Part shown: positions 1 through 11,740 of the stretch, one piece after another
How the letters are laid out: each line of letters opens with the position of its first letter
Position numbering within the stretch: the stretch's first letter is position 1
From: Octopus bimaculoides
Taxonomy: Eukaryota
Direction of reading: 5' to 3'
Length of the DNA stretch: 43,686 bases
Assembly: GCF_001194135.2 (NCBI RefSeq)
Contig: NC_068981.1
Coordinates: 162,137,196 to 162,180,881, forward strand
Program-made: the position numbers and the translations under genes
Notes under the pieces: model-generated
The model's input: the letters and a program-made list of their open reading frames with translations, nothing else
Database searches by the model: none
Told to the model about the DNA's origin: nothing

Positions 1-236
1 ACATAAAAGACACCATTTCGAGCGTGGCCGTTTTCGTGCGGGTGACACGTAAAAGCACCCACTACACTCTCTGAGTGGTTGGCGTTAGGAAGGGCATCCA
101 GCTGTAGAAACTCTGCCAAATTAGACTGGAGCCTGGTGTTGCCATCCGGTTTCACCAGTCCTCAGTCAAATCGTCCAACCCATGCTAGCATGGAAAGCGG
201 ACGTTAAACGATGATGATGATGATGATGATGATGTA
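1..236 (+). mobile_element. Repeat family A: 5'-truncated 3'UTR of an RTE-like LINE with (GAT)n tail
   Basis: Ends ...ccaacccatgctagcatggaaagcggacgttaaac(gat)n. Near-identical tails at about 3040-3219 (+), 10846 (-) and 33381 (-). Joined to an RTE ORF end in the 20085-20405 copy. Confidence 0.8.
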
Positions 237-800
237 GTATGTATGTATGCATGCATGTATGTCTGTATGTATGAATGCATGTACATTTGTATATATGCAT
301 GCACATATCATACATACATTCCTACACCTATCTTACCGAATAATCCACATGCACAACATAGCTCGAAGATTTCTATTGTGGTTCTGTCTCGAAGCAGGAA
401 ATTTTAATTAAAATCTAGAAATGACTTCCCTTATTCTGCTTGTATCGAATACACTTTAAATTTGTTTTAGTTTTGAATTGTATTTGAAGAAGTAATACAA
501 TTAAAACTTCAAGAATTAATCATGTAGATTAATGCCATGAATTGTGATCCATAATGTGGTACATATGTTAAACCCTTAACGATAGTTAAATCAGTATTTC
601 TGCTCTTTTATAACATGCTAGGCTCAGAGGTCTGTAAAGGGAATAAATGAATGAATGAATGAATAAATAATTAAATAAATAGAAATAAAAATAAATAAAT
701 ATTGGTGCTAACCTTTCATACATCTAGAATAAATCATTTATCACAGGTTCGTCATTATCATGATTACCACCACTACCCATCACCACCTTCAATCCCATCA

Positions 801-880
801 CTACCACCATCACCACCACCTCCACTACCACCATCACCACCACCTCCACTACCACCATCACCACCACCTCCACTACCACC
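801..880. repeat. 24-bp tandem repeat (ctaccaccatcaccaccacctcca) x3 plus partial, within a (CAC/CAT)n tract
   Basis: Three identical units at 801-824, 825-848 and 849-872. Confidence 0.9.
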
Positions 881-944
881 ACCACCACTACCACACCACC
901 ATAACCACCACTGCCACTGCCATCGCTGCCACCACCATCAGCAT

Positions 945-1190
945 CATCATTAGTATCATTGTTTTAATATGACCTCTTTTCCATACTTGCATGGGTTGGA
1001 AGGGGCTCATTCGAGCAGATTTTTTTATAGCTGGATACCATTCCTGTCACCAACCCTCATCTTTTTCCAAGTGAGGTGATATTTCCCTTTGGTTTAACAG
1101 GTTTCCATAGAAGACTGAAAAATGAATGAGACTGCTCCAATGATAGCGACAAGTCACTTACAACTATGATAAAGTGTGAAGACAAGGGGA
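945..1190 (-). mobile_element. Diverged family-A-related retroelement tail
   Basis: Carries ttccatacttgcatgggttgg and gctggataccattcctgtcaccaacc, matching family-A motifs. The body then diverges. Confidence 0.55.
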
Positions 1191-1195
1191 TATAC

Positions 1196-1490
1196 TGGCA
1201 TTCCATTGGTTACAATGGTAAGGATGCCAGTTAATCTAACCAATAGAATAGCCTGCTTGTAAAATTAATGTGCATGTGACTGAGCACTCCACAAACACAT
1301 CTACCCTTAACTTAGTCCTCAGGGAGATCCAGTGTGACACAGAATGTGATAAGGCTAGCCCTTTGAATTATAGGTACTACTCATTTTTACTAGCTGAGTG
1401 GACTGGAGCAACGTGAAATATAGTGTCTGCTGGGAATTGAACTCATGACTTTACAATCATCAGCTGAACACCCTAGTTACTAAACCACAT
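1196..1490 (-). mobile_element. tRNA-derived SINE (family H head/core) carrying a family-B tail
   Basis: Minus strand: tggtttagtaactagggtg (A-box-like), gagttcaattccc (B box), core tttcacgttgctccagtccactcagct, then a tail homologous to about 15580-15760. Confidence 0.7.
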
Positions 1491-1544
1491 AAGGAGATAC
1501 ACACATACGTGTGCGTGTGCACACACACACATATTCACATTAGT

Positions 1545-1690
1545 ACAATGAGCTTCTATCTACCAAATACATTCACAAAGCTTTGGTTGGTTCAGAGTTA
1601 TATTAGAAGATGCTTGCCCAAGATTCCACACAGGGGAACTGAACCCCAAACCATGTGTTTAGGAAGCAAACTTCTTAAGTACACAACCAG
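1545..1690 (-). mobile_element. SINE family C, 5' half
   Basis: Reverse complement is homologous to the head and core of the copies at 37420 and 40525. Confidence 0.65.
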
Positions 1691-1869
1691 TTATTGTTGT
1701 CATAAATGTTGTCTTAGTATTAATTGCAACATTCTTGTTGCTTCTGTTCAAGACAGAAATCCATATGTAATCACTGTTGTTATTGTTGTTGTTTATTCCC
1801 AGGCCAGCTCTAATTAAAGTAGGCACTATGAATCCTGGCTACATCAATATAAACTGTTATCAGCAATTC

Positions 1870-2660
1870 TCTATCTGCAATTCATTTTTTTGCATGGCTC
1901 TCATTCCCCTTACTAAGCAGTTAAATGACACAAGATATGGATATGAGAAACCAAATAATCCCTTTCTTTACCCGGATGATCTAAAGACTTTCACAAAACA
2001 AGATCAACAACTTGACTGACTTTTAACTATAGTAACACAATATAATGATAACAAAATAAATTTTATATATTTGTTTTGCAAGATTTTTGATGTGAAATCG
2101 TGTGTTGAAACAGATGTTGTTGTATTTGGGGATGGTCATATTGCCAGTTTAGCCAATAAAAACACACACCATAAAAACTCTGTCCGAAATAGGATTAATG
2201 TAATGTAATGTAATATAAAGCTGAAGCAAATTAACACCAAATATACAGTGCGTGTGCTTTTATTGGCTAAACTGGCAATATGACCATCCCCAAATACAAC
2301 AGCAAAATAAACTTTCCTCTTGATGAGTAGTAGAAAACATAGACTTCATCATACTTTGGGATTTTGATATTCAAACTGGTCAATCTGTTTATTCAGCTCA
2401 ACAGACCAAATATTGTGGTGAAAAATCACATTGACAGAACATGTTTGTTCATAGATATATAAATCCCACCAGACTGCAACACCTCTCTGAAAATGTTTTG
2501 AAAAGTTAAGTAAAGACAAAGAACTTGAAATAGGGATCTCAAAAATATGGTAAGAATAACAACTGCACATGTGATCTTAGGAATACCGGCAGATATTACC
2601 AAATGGCACTCTTAAACATACCAGAAAATAAGAAAGTATCAAAGCTCTAGAAATTGTTCT
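1870..2660 (+). pseudogene. Decayed R4/Dong-like non-LTR retrotransposon (RT fragment plus restriction-like endonuclease)
   Basis: FCMALIPLTKQLNDTRYGY...FLYPDDLKTF resembles the RT YxDD motif. From about 2340: WDFDIQT / NRPNIVVKNHIDRTCLFIDI*IPPDCNTSLKMF*KLSKDKELEIGISKIW, matching the PD-(D/E)xK RLE consensus. Stops, frameshifts and a large internal deletion. Confidence 0.75.
2118..2301. repeat. Perfect 44-bp inverted repeat with 96-bp spacer
   Basis: 2118-2161 (tgttgtatttggggatggtcatattgccagtttagccaataaaa) is the exact reverse complement of 2258-2301. Confidence 0.95.
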
Positions 2661-3219
2661 TATGATAGAAGACCTGTTGGGGCAAGTGAAATGCTTGCAA
2701 AGACCTGTTGAGGCAAGTGAAATCGAAATTGTAATTGAACCATACTTGATGACTGGCACCTGCACCAGTGGATCACTAACAACACTGTCTGAGCGTGTTC
2801 ATTGCCAGAGCAGCTGTCTGGCTTCCGTGCTAGTGGCCCATAAATAGCACCAATTGAGCATAATCATTACCAGCGTTGCCTTCAAGCACTTGTGCTGGTG
2901 ACATGTTAGAAAATTATTTGAGCGAGGTCGTTGCCAGTGCCACTGGACTGGCTCCCGTGCAGGTGGCACGTAAAAGACACCTTTTGAGCGTGGCCGTTGC
3001 CAGTACCGTGTGACTGGCCCTCGTGCCGATGGCACATAAAAGCACCCATTACACTCTCGGAGTGGTTGGCATTAGGAAGGGCATCCAGTTGTAGAAACTC
3101 TGCCAGATCAGATTGGAGCCTGGTGCAGCCATCTGGTTCGCCAGTCCTCAGTCAAATCGTCCAACCCATGCTAGCATGGAAAGCAGACGTTAAATGATGA
3201 TGATGATGATGATGATGAT
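2660..3219 (+). mobile_element. Family A long copy with an internal array of ~65-bp units and (GAT)n tail
   Basis: Three to four units of gtgc.ggtggcacgtaaaa...gagcg.ggccgttgccagt...gactggc, followed by the conserved tail. Confidence 0.8.
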
Positions 3220-3271
3220 ACTGTTCACATCCTAAGGAAAACACTGTCAACCTGAGAATATCTGATTCTTG

Positions 3272-3498
3272 TAACTATTTAACATTTAAATCACTCTGTC
3301 ACACATAATGCTTATTTATTCACATTGTTTTGAATTAGTCATGCATTATTTTATAGCTTTGAGATTTTGATGAAGCGATTGTTTATTCTTAGAATGACAT
3401 TGTCTGGTAGGTGCCAGAGGCCAGATCTGGCTGGTTTGAGCATAAAACAGGTAGACTATTTGAGCCAGATGTGGCCGGTTTAAATATTAAAGGGTTAA
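3272..3498 (+). mobile_element. MITE family E (TTAA-flanked, piggyBac-like ends)
   Basis: Ends aaatattaaagggTTAA with a degraded left end. Internal homology to the copies at 17023, 23540 and 32125. Confidence 0.7.
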
Positions 3499-3949
3499 AC
3501 TCTTTTTAAAATTGCGAATAAACCATTTCCACCTGTTGTCACACATTTCCATATTCTCTACTCAAGTTAATGGAAAAGAGATTATTTCATGTATTAGTCA
3601 GAGCTGGTAATTATTCTTTTGTGGTCATGGGAAGTTCTTGTCCATTTTCAGAAAGGGAGATGCATGGAATTGGCTACCTTGAAATTTTCTAAATGAATTC
3701 CTTGACAAGACAGTGGTGTCTCTAACGAAATACCTCTTGCACATTATTTCATTGTCTTGGAACTGACCTGTGTTCAGCAATTCTTTCTGGTTCACCATGC
3801 AAGCAATATTGTTGTTGAAATTTTGGTTATAACCACATATATGGTACTGCTTATTTCATGGCATTGATTTGATGCTCATTTGATGTCAGAAATTATAATG
3901 TTTCTCTCATTCTATCTCTCTCTCTCTCTCTTCTTCCCTCTCTCTCTCT

Positions 3950-4210
3950 CCTTTCCCCTCTCTCTCTCTCTCTCTCTCTCTGTTTATGTGTGGGGTCATA
4001 TTTTTCTTTATGTGTATGATGAGAAGGGAAGTATTTATGTCAATCGTGTTCAATTAATAAATTGAAACATCTCTCTCTCCCCCTCTCTATATTTCTCTCT
4101 CTGTATATGTATACTTCTGTGCATGCATGTGTGTGTGTTTGTGTGTGTGTTTGTCTTCTGTGCCAAAAACTATTGCCACCAAACAGTTGCCCCCACATCA
4201 TCTCATTCCA
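3950..4210 (-). repeat. Dispersed microsatellite-rich repeat, homologous to 42870-43130
   Basis: Shares caatttattaattgaaca.g.ttgacat.aa.act...tcatacacataaaga and tttttggcacag.ag.caaacacac with the distal copy, in opposite orientation. Confidence 0.65.
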
Positions 4211-4592
4211 GTGTTTATATGTCTGTTTTAATAAACGTCTCTATCTATATAACTGTCATTTCCTTTGTCTATTTATCCTTTCTTTAAATCTATTAAATTT
4301 TGGTGAGATGTATATGTATTGCCATATTGTTGTCAAAGCCTTCACATACCATAATCTCAGTGGGCCCCTTGCTTATTGTTTGATGGAAAGGAAAGTTTTT
4401 TTCTTTTTCAAAATGTAAAATTTTTCTTTCCCTCTAAACAACAAATGAAGCTGAAAACATCTCACTTTTCTATGTAATAGGCCTACACAAATATGGCACG
4501 CACACAAAATATTCAATTTGGGAATTTATCTTGTATTTTTTCAGAAACTCATGAACTAGCAAAAGCACACCTTAGGTGATTCCAATGATATT

Positions 4593-4623
<31 letters not shown>

Positions 4624-4674
4624 GTGGAGAAATGAAACCATTCAATTGCCCAGTCATACTTAACAATCTGTTAC

Positions 4675-4711
<37 letters not shown>

Positions 4712-4789
4712 AATGATAATTTGGACCCCTTAACACCAATGGCTATTCAGGAAGGCACCCTTTCTTCTCCTTTCCTTCTGGCCTATAGG

Positions 4790-5340
4790 CTGACACTTAG
4801 AGTAGGCCAGACAGTGGCTCTCATGTCTTCTGAATGCCCTGATGCAGTACCAGGCAGTGACTCTCATGGCTTCTGATCTTAACTGATTGAAAGTACATGT
4901 TTTGTGTTGGTGTAAAATATGGGCAAATATTCTGCTCAGTACCACAGATTTGCTTGTCAGTTTTTTTGCCCTTAACCATTTGAGCATGTCCCTTAGAGGC
5001 TGACGATATATACATCTCTGATCACATGCAGAAGTAGTGGAGGAGCATCATAACCATGTGTTGAAAGGAATTCTTGAATAATTAACCTCTGGAAACATGG
5101 GTGTTTCATTCATCGTCCTTAAACAAACTTTATTCAGGAACTAGAAAAAAATTTCAACTAGACCCCCACCTGCAAGGTCATGTGCTGTTTATCTTGATAT
5201 GAGATCACCATGTCATACACATATAGTTGTGATGCATGTGCCAGGTGTACCCTTACCAGAAGGATAGTCATAATGGGTATATTGGGCTTCGTATATTTGT
5301 ACCTCAGTGTCAGCTTGATGATATGCACTATTCTCACTCA
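4790..5340 (+). mobile_element. Family F: non-coding element ending in (TAC)n/(AAT)n
   Basis: Homologous to 7436-7842 and 12160-12365. Ends ...atgcactattctcactc, immediately followed by the microsatellite. Confidence 0.7.
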
Positions 5341-5368
5341 ATACTACTACTACTACTACTACTACTAC

Positions 5369-5459
<91 letters not shown>
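5341..5459. repeat. (TAC)n(AAT)n compound microsatellite
   Basis: Directly visible. Confidence 0.95.
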
Positions 5460-5460
<1 letters not shown>

Positions 5461-5619
5461 GAAAAAAAGGCATTGGAGGGGTGATGCATACCCTGTGCAC
5501 GCACAAGGATAAAATTTAATTCAATAAATATATTCTCAGACGAATTCATATTTCAATAAAATGACATTAAGAGTTATTTCCCGTTTATCATTTATGCATG
5601 TGTAGCAAAGAAAGAAAAA

Positions 5620-5818
5620 AAAACCATTTTGATTCACCTGTCTGCCAGTTTTGAATATAATGAAACCAAAATAATGAGTTTGAGCCACTCACTCAATGAG
5701 TATTTCTGCCAAATTTGGTGAAAATCCGTTCAGCTGTTTTCCAGTAATTTTGCTAACACAGACAAACAGACAAAACAAGCGACCACAGTACCCTGCTTTC
5801 ACTTACACATGCAGGGTA
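5620..5818 (+). mobile_element. Helentron/HINE-like non-autonomous 3' end
   Basis: gccaaatttggtgaaaatccgttcagc...gctaacacagacaaacagac followed by a terminal hairpin taccctgc(5789-5796)/gcagggta(5811-5818). The family assignment is an inference. Confidence 0.45.
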
Positions 5819-5835
5819 ATAATAACAATAATAAT

Positions 5836-6291
5836 AATAGGCCAGATATAGTTGTCAGAAGAGAAATTAAGGCAAATAGGCCAGATATAGTTGTCAGAGA
5901 TCATGAAGAAAAAAAATGCTTTCTAATTGATGTATCAATACCAGCAGATGACATTTCTCTAAAAGAAATGGAGAAACTTTCAAAATACAAATCCTGGAAA
6001 TAGAGGTAACTCAAATGTGGAATCTAAAAACAGAAACAATTCCTATCATAGTAGGTGCCTTAGGTATGATAAAAAAATATTCAGACAAATACATAACAAA
6101 AACACCAGGACTTACAAATATATATAACATACAGAAAATTGCACTACTGGGCACTGCACACATCCTACGCAAAACACTTTCAATACAGTAACCATAAGAG
6201 CATCACAGCAAACCACAGCACATACCCAAGGCACACAGAGCTGCGCTCGGTAGTGAAGTGAAAGCACGTTATAAAAATAAAACTACTGAAC
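5836..6291 (+). pseudogene. 5'-truncated R4/Dong-like element: RLE domain plus 3'UTR, flanked by (AAT)n
   Basis: RPDIVVRDHEEKKCFLIDVSIPADDISLKEMEKLSKY / EIEVTQMWNLKTETIPIIVGALGMIKK...QKIALLGTAHILRKTLSIQ*. AAT tracts on both sides. Confidence 0.85.
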
Positions 6292-7201
6292 AATAATAAT
6301 AATAATAATAATAATAATATTAATTTTTTAATGAACCACTAGTGTAATTGGTTTTCCTTTCTGCTCCTACAGCAGGGTTTACAGTTCTAGAATAGCTTTG
6401 TGGTCTTTAGGGATCAAGAGGACTTGCATTCTCATACCCACACTGAACCACTAAGATGATGATGATCAGTGTCACAACTGGTGCTTCTAGCTGTGTCCTT
6501 TGTGTTGCATCTCCACAATATTCTGTGATAGCTTGTCTTGTCTCATCTTTAAGCTTAAAGACTAAGCAAGCACTCCAGTATTCCCTATTCAAGTTAATAG
6601 AACAGTTATCAAGTCATACGTCAGTTAGCCCCTTTCTTATGACTACTCCTTTGCGAGAATATGATACGCATCCCCATTTCTTGAGGTGGGGTGGGGGAAA
6701 TGGAATCATTTTCCTCCTTGCCATTTTCTGGATGTTTTGACAAACTAAAAGATGCTATCTCTTGTGGAATACCTCTTCTGTGTCTGTTTCTTTTCTAGGA
6801 GGTGTTTCTTTATTGCTATTGTTCTTACTATTAAAAATAGTGTAATTTTTTAAAGTGTAAATGTCAGTTATGATTTCATGTTCAAATGTATTCATTTATT
6901 TTTTGTCTGTCTATTCTTTCAGCACTAGTGTTATTTTGACAAAACTTTTATCAAAATTCTTGCAGGCGTGTCAATAGCCATCAAGCTTGTGGCTACCCAT
7001 AAGCAGAAGCCATTTTGCAAAGCTAGTAAACAAATGTTTATACAAATTTAAAAATACAAAACCTCCTAGGAGAAACTTTATATTTCATCTCCAAGCCAAA
7101 ATATACAACAAAGAAAAGCTTCTTTCATTCAGCGAATGTGGTAAAATCCAGTTCTTCATCAGAGCTGTGTTACAGGCACACCTTCATCAATAATAATTAT
7201 G

Positions 7202-7259
<58 letters not shown>

Positions 7260-7261
7260 TA

Positions 7262-7435
7262 GTGGTTAATAAAGAGGAAATACAAAGCTTGTGGTCAATG
7301 AAGAGAGTAGATGTGATACCAATAGTAATTGGTGCACTTGGAAGTATCAGCACTCAGCTAAACAACATGGCTGAAAAAGATTGGTGCAAGTGTCATGGTA
7401 GAACACCTACAAAAATCATCATTGCTTGGAACTGC
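7262..7435 (+). pseudogene. R4/Dong-like RLE fragment after (AAT)n
   Basis: KEEIQSLWSMKRVDVIPIVIGALGSIS, downstream of the (AAT)n tract at about 7186-7258. Confidence 0.7.
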
Positions 7436-7842
7436 TGATCTTAACCAATTGAGCATGTCCCTTGGTGGCTGACGATATGTGCATCTCTGATAAGTAGTCG
7501 GGGAGCATCGTAGCCATGTGTTGAGAGGAATTTTTTGGGGTTTGAATAATTCACCTTTGGAAACATGGGTGTTTTGCTCAACATCCTTAAACAACCCTGA
7601 TTCAGGGACCTTTTGAGAGGGATGGGCCACTTGACCTGAAGAAAATTCTAACTGAGCCCCACCTGCGAGGTCATGCGCTGTTTATCTTGATATGAGATCA
7701 CCATGTTGCGCACATATGGTTGTGATGCATGTGCCTGGTGTACCCTTATCAGACGGGTAGTCATGATTGGTATAAGGGCTTCGTATATTTTACCCCAGTG
7801 TCACTTTGATGGCATGCACTGCTCTCTCACGCAATAATAATG
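7436..7842 (+). mobile_element. Family F copy ending in (AAT)n
   Basis: Homologous to about 4970-5340. Ends gcatgcactgctctctcacgc(aat)n. Confidence 0.75.
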
Positions 7843-7894
<52 letters not shown>

Positions 7895-7895
<1 letters not shown>

Positions 7896-8192
7896 CTTCT
7901 TAAGTGCAAAATAGCCCAGCTATGGAAAATGAAAGAGTTGAAGATAGTGCCAATTATTATTGGTTTCTTGGGGACAGTATCAGAAGGTATCAAGAGGAAT
8001 ATAAAGGAAATCGGAATAGAGTACCCTGTAGGATTGTTACAAAAGGTTTGCCTTCTTGGCATGGCCAGGATAATCAGGAAAGTATTAGATAGCTGAAAAG
8101 AACAGATAGCATGGTACTGTAAGCTGCAGGTTGCAAGCCCGTTATGCATGCAGGACTCCAGGTGTTACAACAAAACCTGAGATAAAAAGAAA
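7895..8192 (+). pseudogene. R4/Dong-like 3' end (distinct subfamily), flanked by (AAT)n
   Basis: LKCKIAQLWKMKELKIVPIIIGFLGTVSEGIKRNIKEIGIEYPVGLLQKVCLLGMARIIRKVLDS* (stop at 8096), then 3'UTR and AAT repeats. Confidence 0.8.
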
Positions 8193-8217
8193 TAATAATA
8201 ATAATTTGTACTGTAAA

Positions 8218-8414
8218 TACAAGGCATGAAATTTTGGGGGAAGGCTTAGACAATTTCATTCAGCCAAGTATTTGATTGGTACTTATTTTGTTGACCCTGA
8301 AAAGATGAAAGGAAAAGTTAACCTAGGCAGAATTTGAACTCAGAATGTACAGACAGATATACTGTGGATAAGCATTTTGACCAGCGTGCTAATGATTCTG
8401 CAAGTTTGCTGCCT
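8218..8414 (-). mobile_element. SINE family D (tRNA-like head aggcagcaaacttgcagaatcattagcacg; B-box-like gagttcaaattc)
   Basis: Homologous copies at about 12425-12610, 18190-18390, 23800-23940 and 36705-36905 (all -), and 29518-29668 and 29700-29892 (+). Confidence 0.75.
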
Positions 8415-10845
8415 GAATGAGATCAATAGCATTAGCTCAGATATTGCATTAATAGATTGTACATTTGCTAGAATAAATAATTTACTGTTTTATGAGTATG
8501 AAGGTGAACAATTTTCACTAATGAGAAACCTGCTAGAATTTTAAAATTTTGTTTCATTCTATACAGATACACAACCAATTTCTCTAGTATATTTGAGTTA
8601 GTTGCTCAAAAAGTATCACTAACAGACTAAAGAAGGCATTCTGTACTAATTTAATTAGAATTATTGACCTCTATTCATCTATTCTTTGATTGTCCATCTA
8701 TACATCCATCTGACTGTCCATTTATCCATCCATCAATCCATTTGTATGAATGAATGAATTTGGTAGCTATATCCAATGTTCTTCACAAATATTTCCTGGT
8801 ACACAATCCCAGCCAAATGTTTACATGTCAACATCATGACTAAACATTATTAACAGGCAGTTACTTCAAGAAAAATTCTTTGCTAGAAATCAATTAATAA
8901 TTACAGAAAAGTCATCTTTAATTACTGCATTTATGATATAATGCATGTCAGCGAAAGTTATGATTTCAGATGAAACTAATAAGATATATATCATTTATAT
9001 ATCACCATCATCATCCTCATCATCATCATTATCATCACCATCACCATCATTGTTTAACTTCCACCTTCCATGCTGGCATAGGTTGGACGGTTTGACATCC
9101 TATCACCCTATAAATGAGTTCTCTTACAGCCAGTACTTGCCTGGTATTCAAGCTGCCTCGAAGGTTGAATAATCTCGTCTCCCCACAGTAGCCTTCCCAT
9201 CACTATACTGCCTTCTAAGTCCTCCAAGGACAGAAAACTAGAGATTTTGTGGTTTGCACCACTATTCTCTCTCCAGGTTAAACCTTCACCTAAGCTATTT
9301 TTCAAAATCCTAAGCTCTAATTTTCTACCACATCATAAATATTACCCCATCTTCAATAAATCTTCAATTGAAACCTCATGCTCTATAACACCAAACCTGG
9401 GACCTATAATTGTCTTTTTCCAATAAACACAAACTTAGTTACCTTAATGTTGGCCCTATGAATTATCCACCTGGGCCCCATTCTGACTCGTTAGGTACAA
9501 ATACTATGATGTTTAGAACCCTATCCACTTCAATTATAGCAACCCTTGTACCATCGCTCCTAGAATTAATAACCTTAGCTTATGTGAGAGTGGTATTGCC
9601 CTCTTCCACCCCCATACTAGTAACAATAATATCACCAGTCTTACTTTGAGGATTATGGATCATGTGAATTAGATCAGAATAGGGATTGATCCTAAACCCA
9701 CTGTTCATGAGAAAACCTGTAATTTCCCAGTCTCCCAACTACACCTGTTCCTTGGTTTTAGTTTACACTGTTATGTTGCATATAACAACCTATTTCCCAC
9801 CAGGCTAGGTTCTATATTGGCAGCATTGTTGATTTCAAGCACTGCTACCAGACTCATTTGAATTTATTCTCAAATGGAGCCTCTAAACTTTCTGCCTCCC
9901 TAGCTACATACATACACAAATACATATGCAACCTCAAGTCCCAGAATATTGCCTATGCCTTACCCTGGTCTATAGTTTGTCAGGTTTCTCCATACAACAC
10001 TAGCCACTATATTTGTAAGTTGTGTTGCAGAGAATCACTCACCAGCCTTTTACCATCATGATACCTCATTATTCAAAAGGTTCTCTAACATAATCTTCTC
10101 ATGTAAGAAAAAATTTTATTCTACTTTTGCCCATTTAGTAAAGTCTTCATGATTTCTGTAATTATACAATGCTTATTACTTAGCTATGCTAGCATCATTT
10201 CGTTTCTCTATTCTCCTTGTATCATTCTCCCCAACCCAGCATATCTTCATCTACTAACCCCACCTTTATTCCTATATTCATTGCTTACCTCTTTCTGTCT
10301 CTCTGTATAGTCAGCTTCCATCCTTGATTGATTTATTGTCTGCTTAGTGAAATTCTCTGACTATTGGTGATGCTCCCTTTCACCACACTGACCTTAACTT
10401 TACCTTCTATCCTCCTCTCTCTGTTTCATCTATTCTACCTCTGTTCATTCTCCCATGTCATAGAAATCCTCCTCCCTCTACCTAACTTTCATTTCCTCTT
10501 CTCTATCTCCGTTCTCCCTTCCTGCACCACTTATATTCTCCTCCCTCTCCCTACCTTTAGCTCTTATTCTTCTACCTCGCTGCCTTCAACCTTTAAATCT
10601 CTAGCACTACAATATGAACTGCTTTTGCCAATTTCCTCTTGATGAAGAGAGACAGCTTACTTATAGTAATGTCTACTTGTGTCTGTTTACTGATTGCACA
10701 TTCCATCAGTAAACAGACTTTTTGCACATTCTATCAGCAAATTATGAACATTATAATTATCAGATAACACTGAGCTTCCTGAAACAGCTGTCAGGTTAAG
10801 AAATTATCTATTCTTTTCTTAGTATCCTGTATTCTTTATGCTTTC

Positions 10846-11148
10846 ATCATCATCATCATCATTGCTTAACATCCGCTTTCCATGCTAGCATGGGTTGAAC
10901 GATTGACTGAGGACTGGTGAACCAGATGGCTACACCAGGCTCCAATCTGATTTGGCAGAGTTTCTACAGCTGGATGCTCTTCCTAACACCAACCACTCAG
11001 AGAGTGTAGTGGGTGCTTTTACGTGCCACCTGCACGAAGGCCAGTCAGGAGATACTGGCAACGGCCATGCCCGAAATGGTGTATTTTACATGCCATCTGC
11101 ACAGGAGCCAGTCCAGCAGTACTGGCAACGATCTCGCTCGAATGTCTA
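10846..11148 (-). mobile_element. Family A copy
   Basis: (cat)n...aacatccgctttccatgctagcatgggttg plus two internal units. Confidence 0.85.
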
Positions 11149-11740
11149 CATAGATAATGATAACCTTCTTGTTATGGCCCTTAACTCCCTCTATCAGTCT
11201 TCTAAGTGCAACAATGTGAGATGTTGCTGACCGTCCTGATCTGAATCCATTTTGATTTGGTTGCAATTGTTATGTCTATCTTAGGTTGTATTCGGTTAAG
11301 TATCAGCTTGTTGACCATTTTTGCAACAATGTATGACAGACTTATCCCTCTGTAATTTCCAATTTCATTTGGGTCTATAGTTTTGGGCAGTGGCAGCAAG
11401 TCTATCTCAGACCATTGTTCTGGCTTTACATTGTCATTTAGTAGTTTGTTTGCATATTGAAGGACGATGTCGACTAAATCACATCTTTTTAGTGCTTCTG
11501 GTGGAATGTTGTCAGGACCAGTTTGTTTTCCTTCTTTCAGGTTACTTGTAGCTTTTTCTATTTCTTGTTTTGGGAAGTCTCCATCCTCAATTTGCAAACC
11601 ATCAATTATCTATGCTAATTCTTCATTTTCTGTTTCACAGTCAACTTCTGAATCCTTCCCAAGTAAGTTGTAGAAATGAGTGTATCACTTCTGGATTCTC
11701 TCGTCCTTTGGTTTCCCTTTGATGATTCCCTGCTTTGCAG
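11149..11740 (-). pseudogene. LINE reverse transcriptase, N-terminal part (RTE/RTEX-like), inverted segment
   Basis: ERIQK*YTHFYNLLG...GPDNIPPEALK...PLPKTIDPNEIGNYRGISLSYIVAKMVNKLILNRIQP / NQNGFRSGRSATSHIVALRRLIEGVKGHNKKVIIIYVD. Confidence 0.85.

Noticed and set aside
702-972. Pro-rich (extensin-like) and His-rich ORFs
   Set aside because: Translations of a (CAC/CAT)n tract with a 24-bp higher-order repeat adjoining a retroelement tail. No splice or other coding support.
2820-3060. CRISPR-like regular repeats
   Set aside because: The units are contiguous diverged tandem copies without unique spacers, in a eukaryotic retroelement, with no cas genes.
6407-6740. Overlapping non-repetitive ORFs on both strands
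   Set aside because: No recognisable domain or splice structure. The lengths are compatible with chance.
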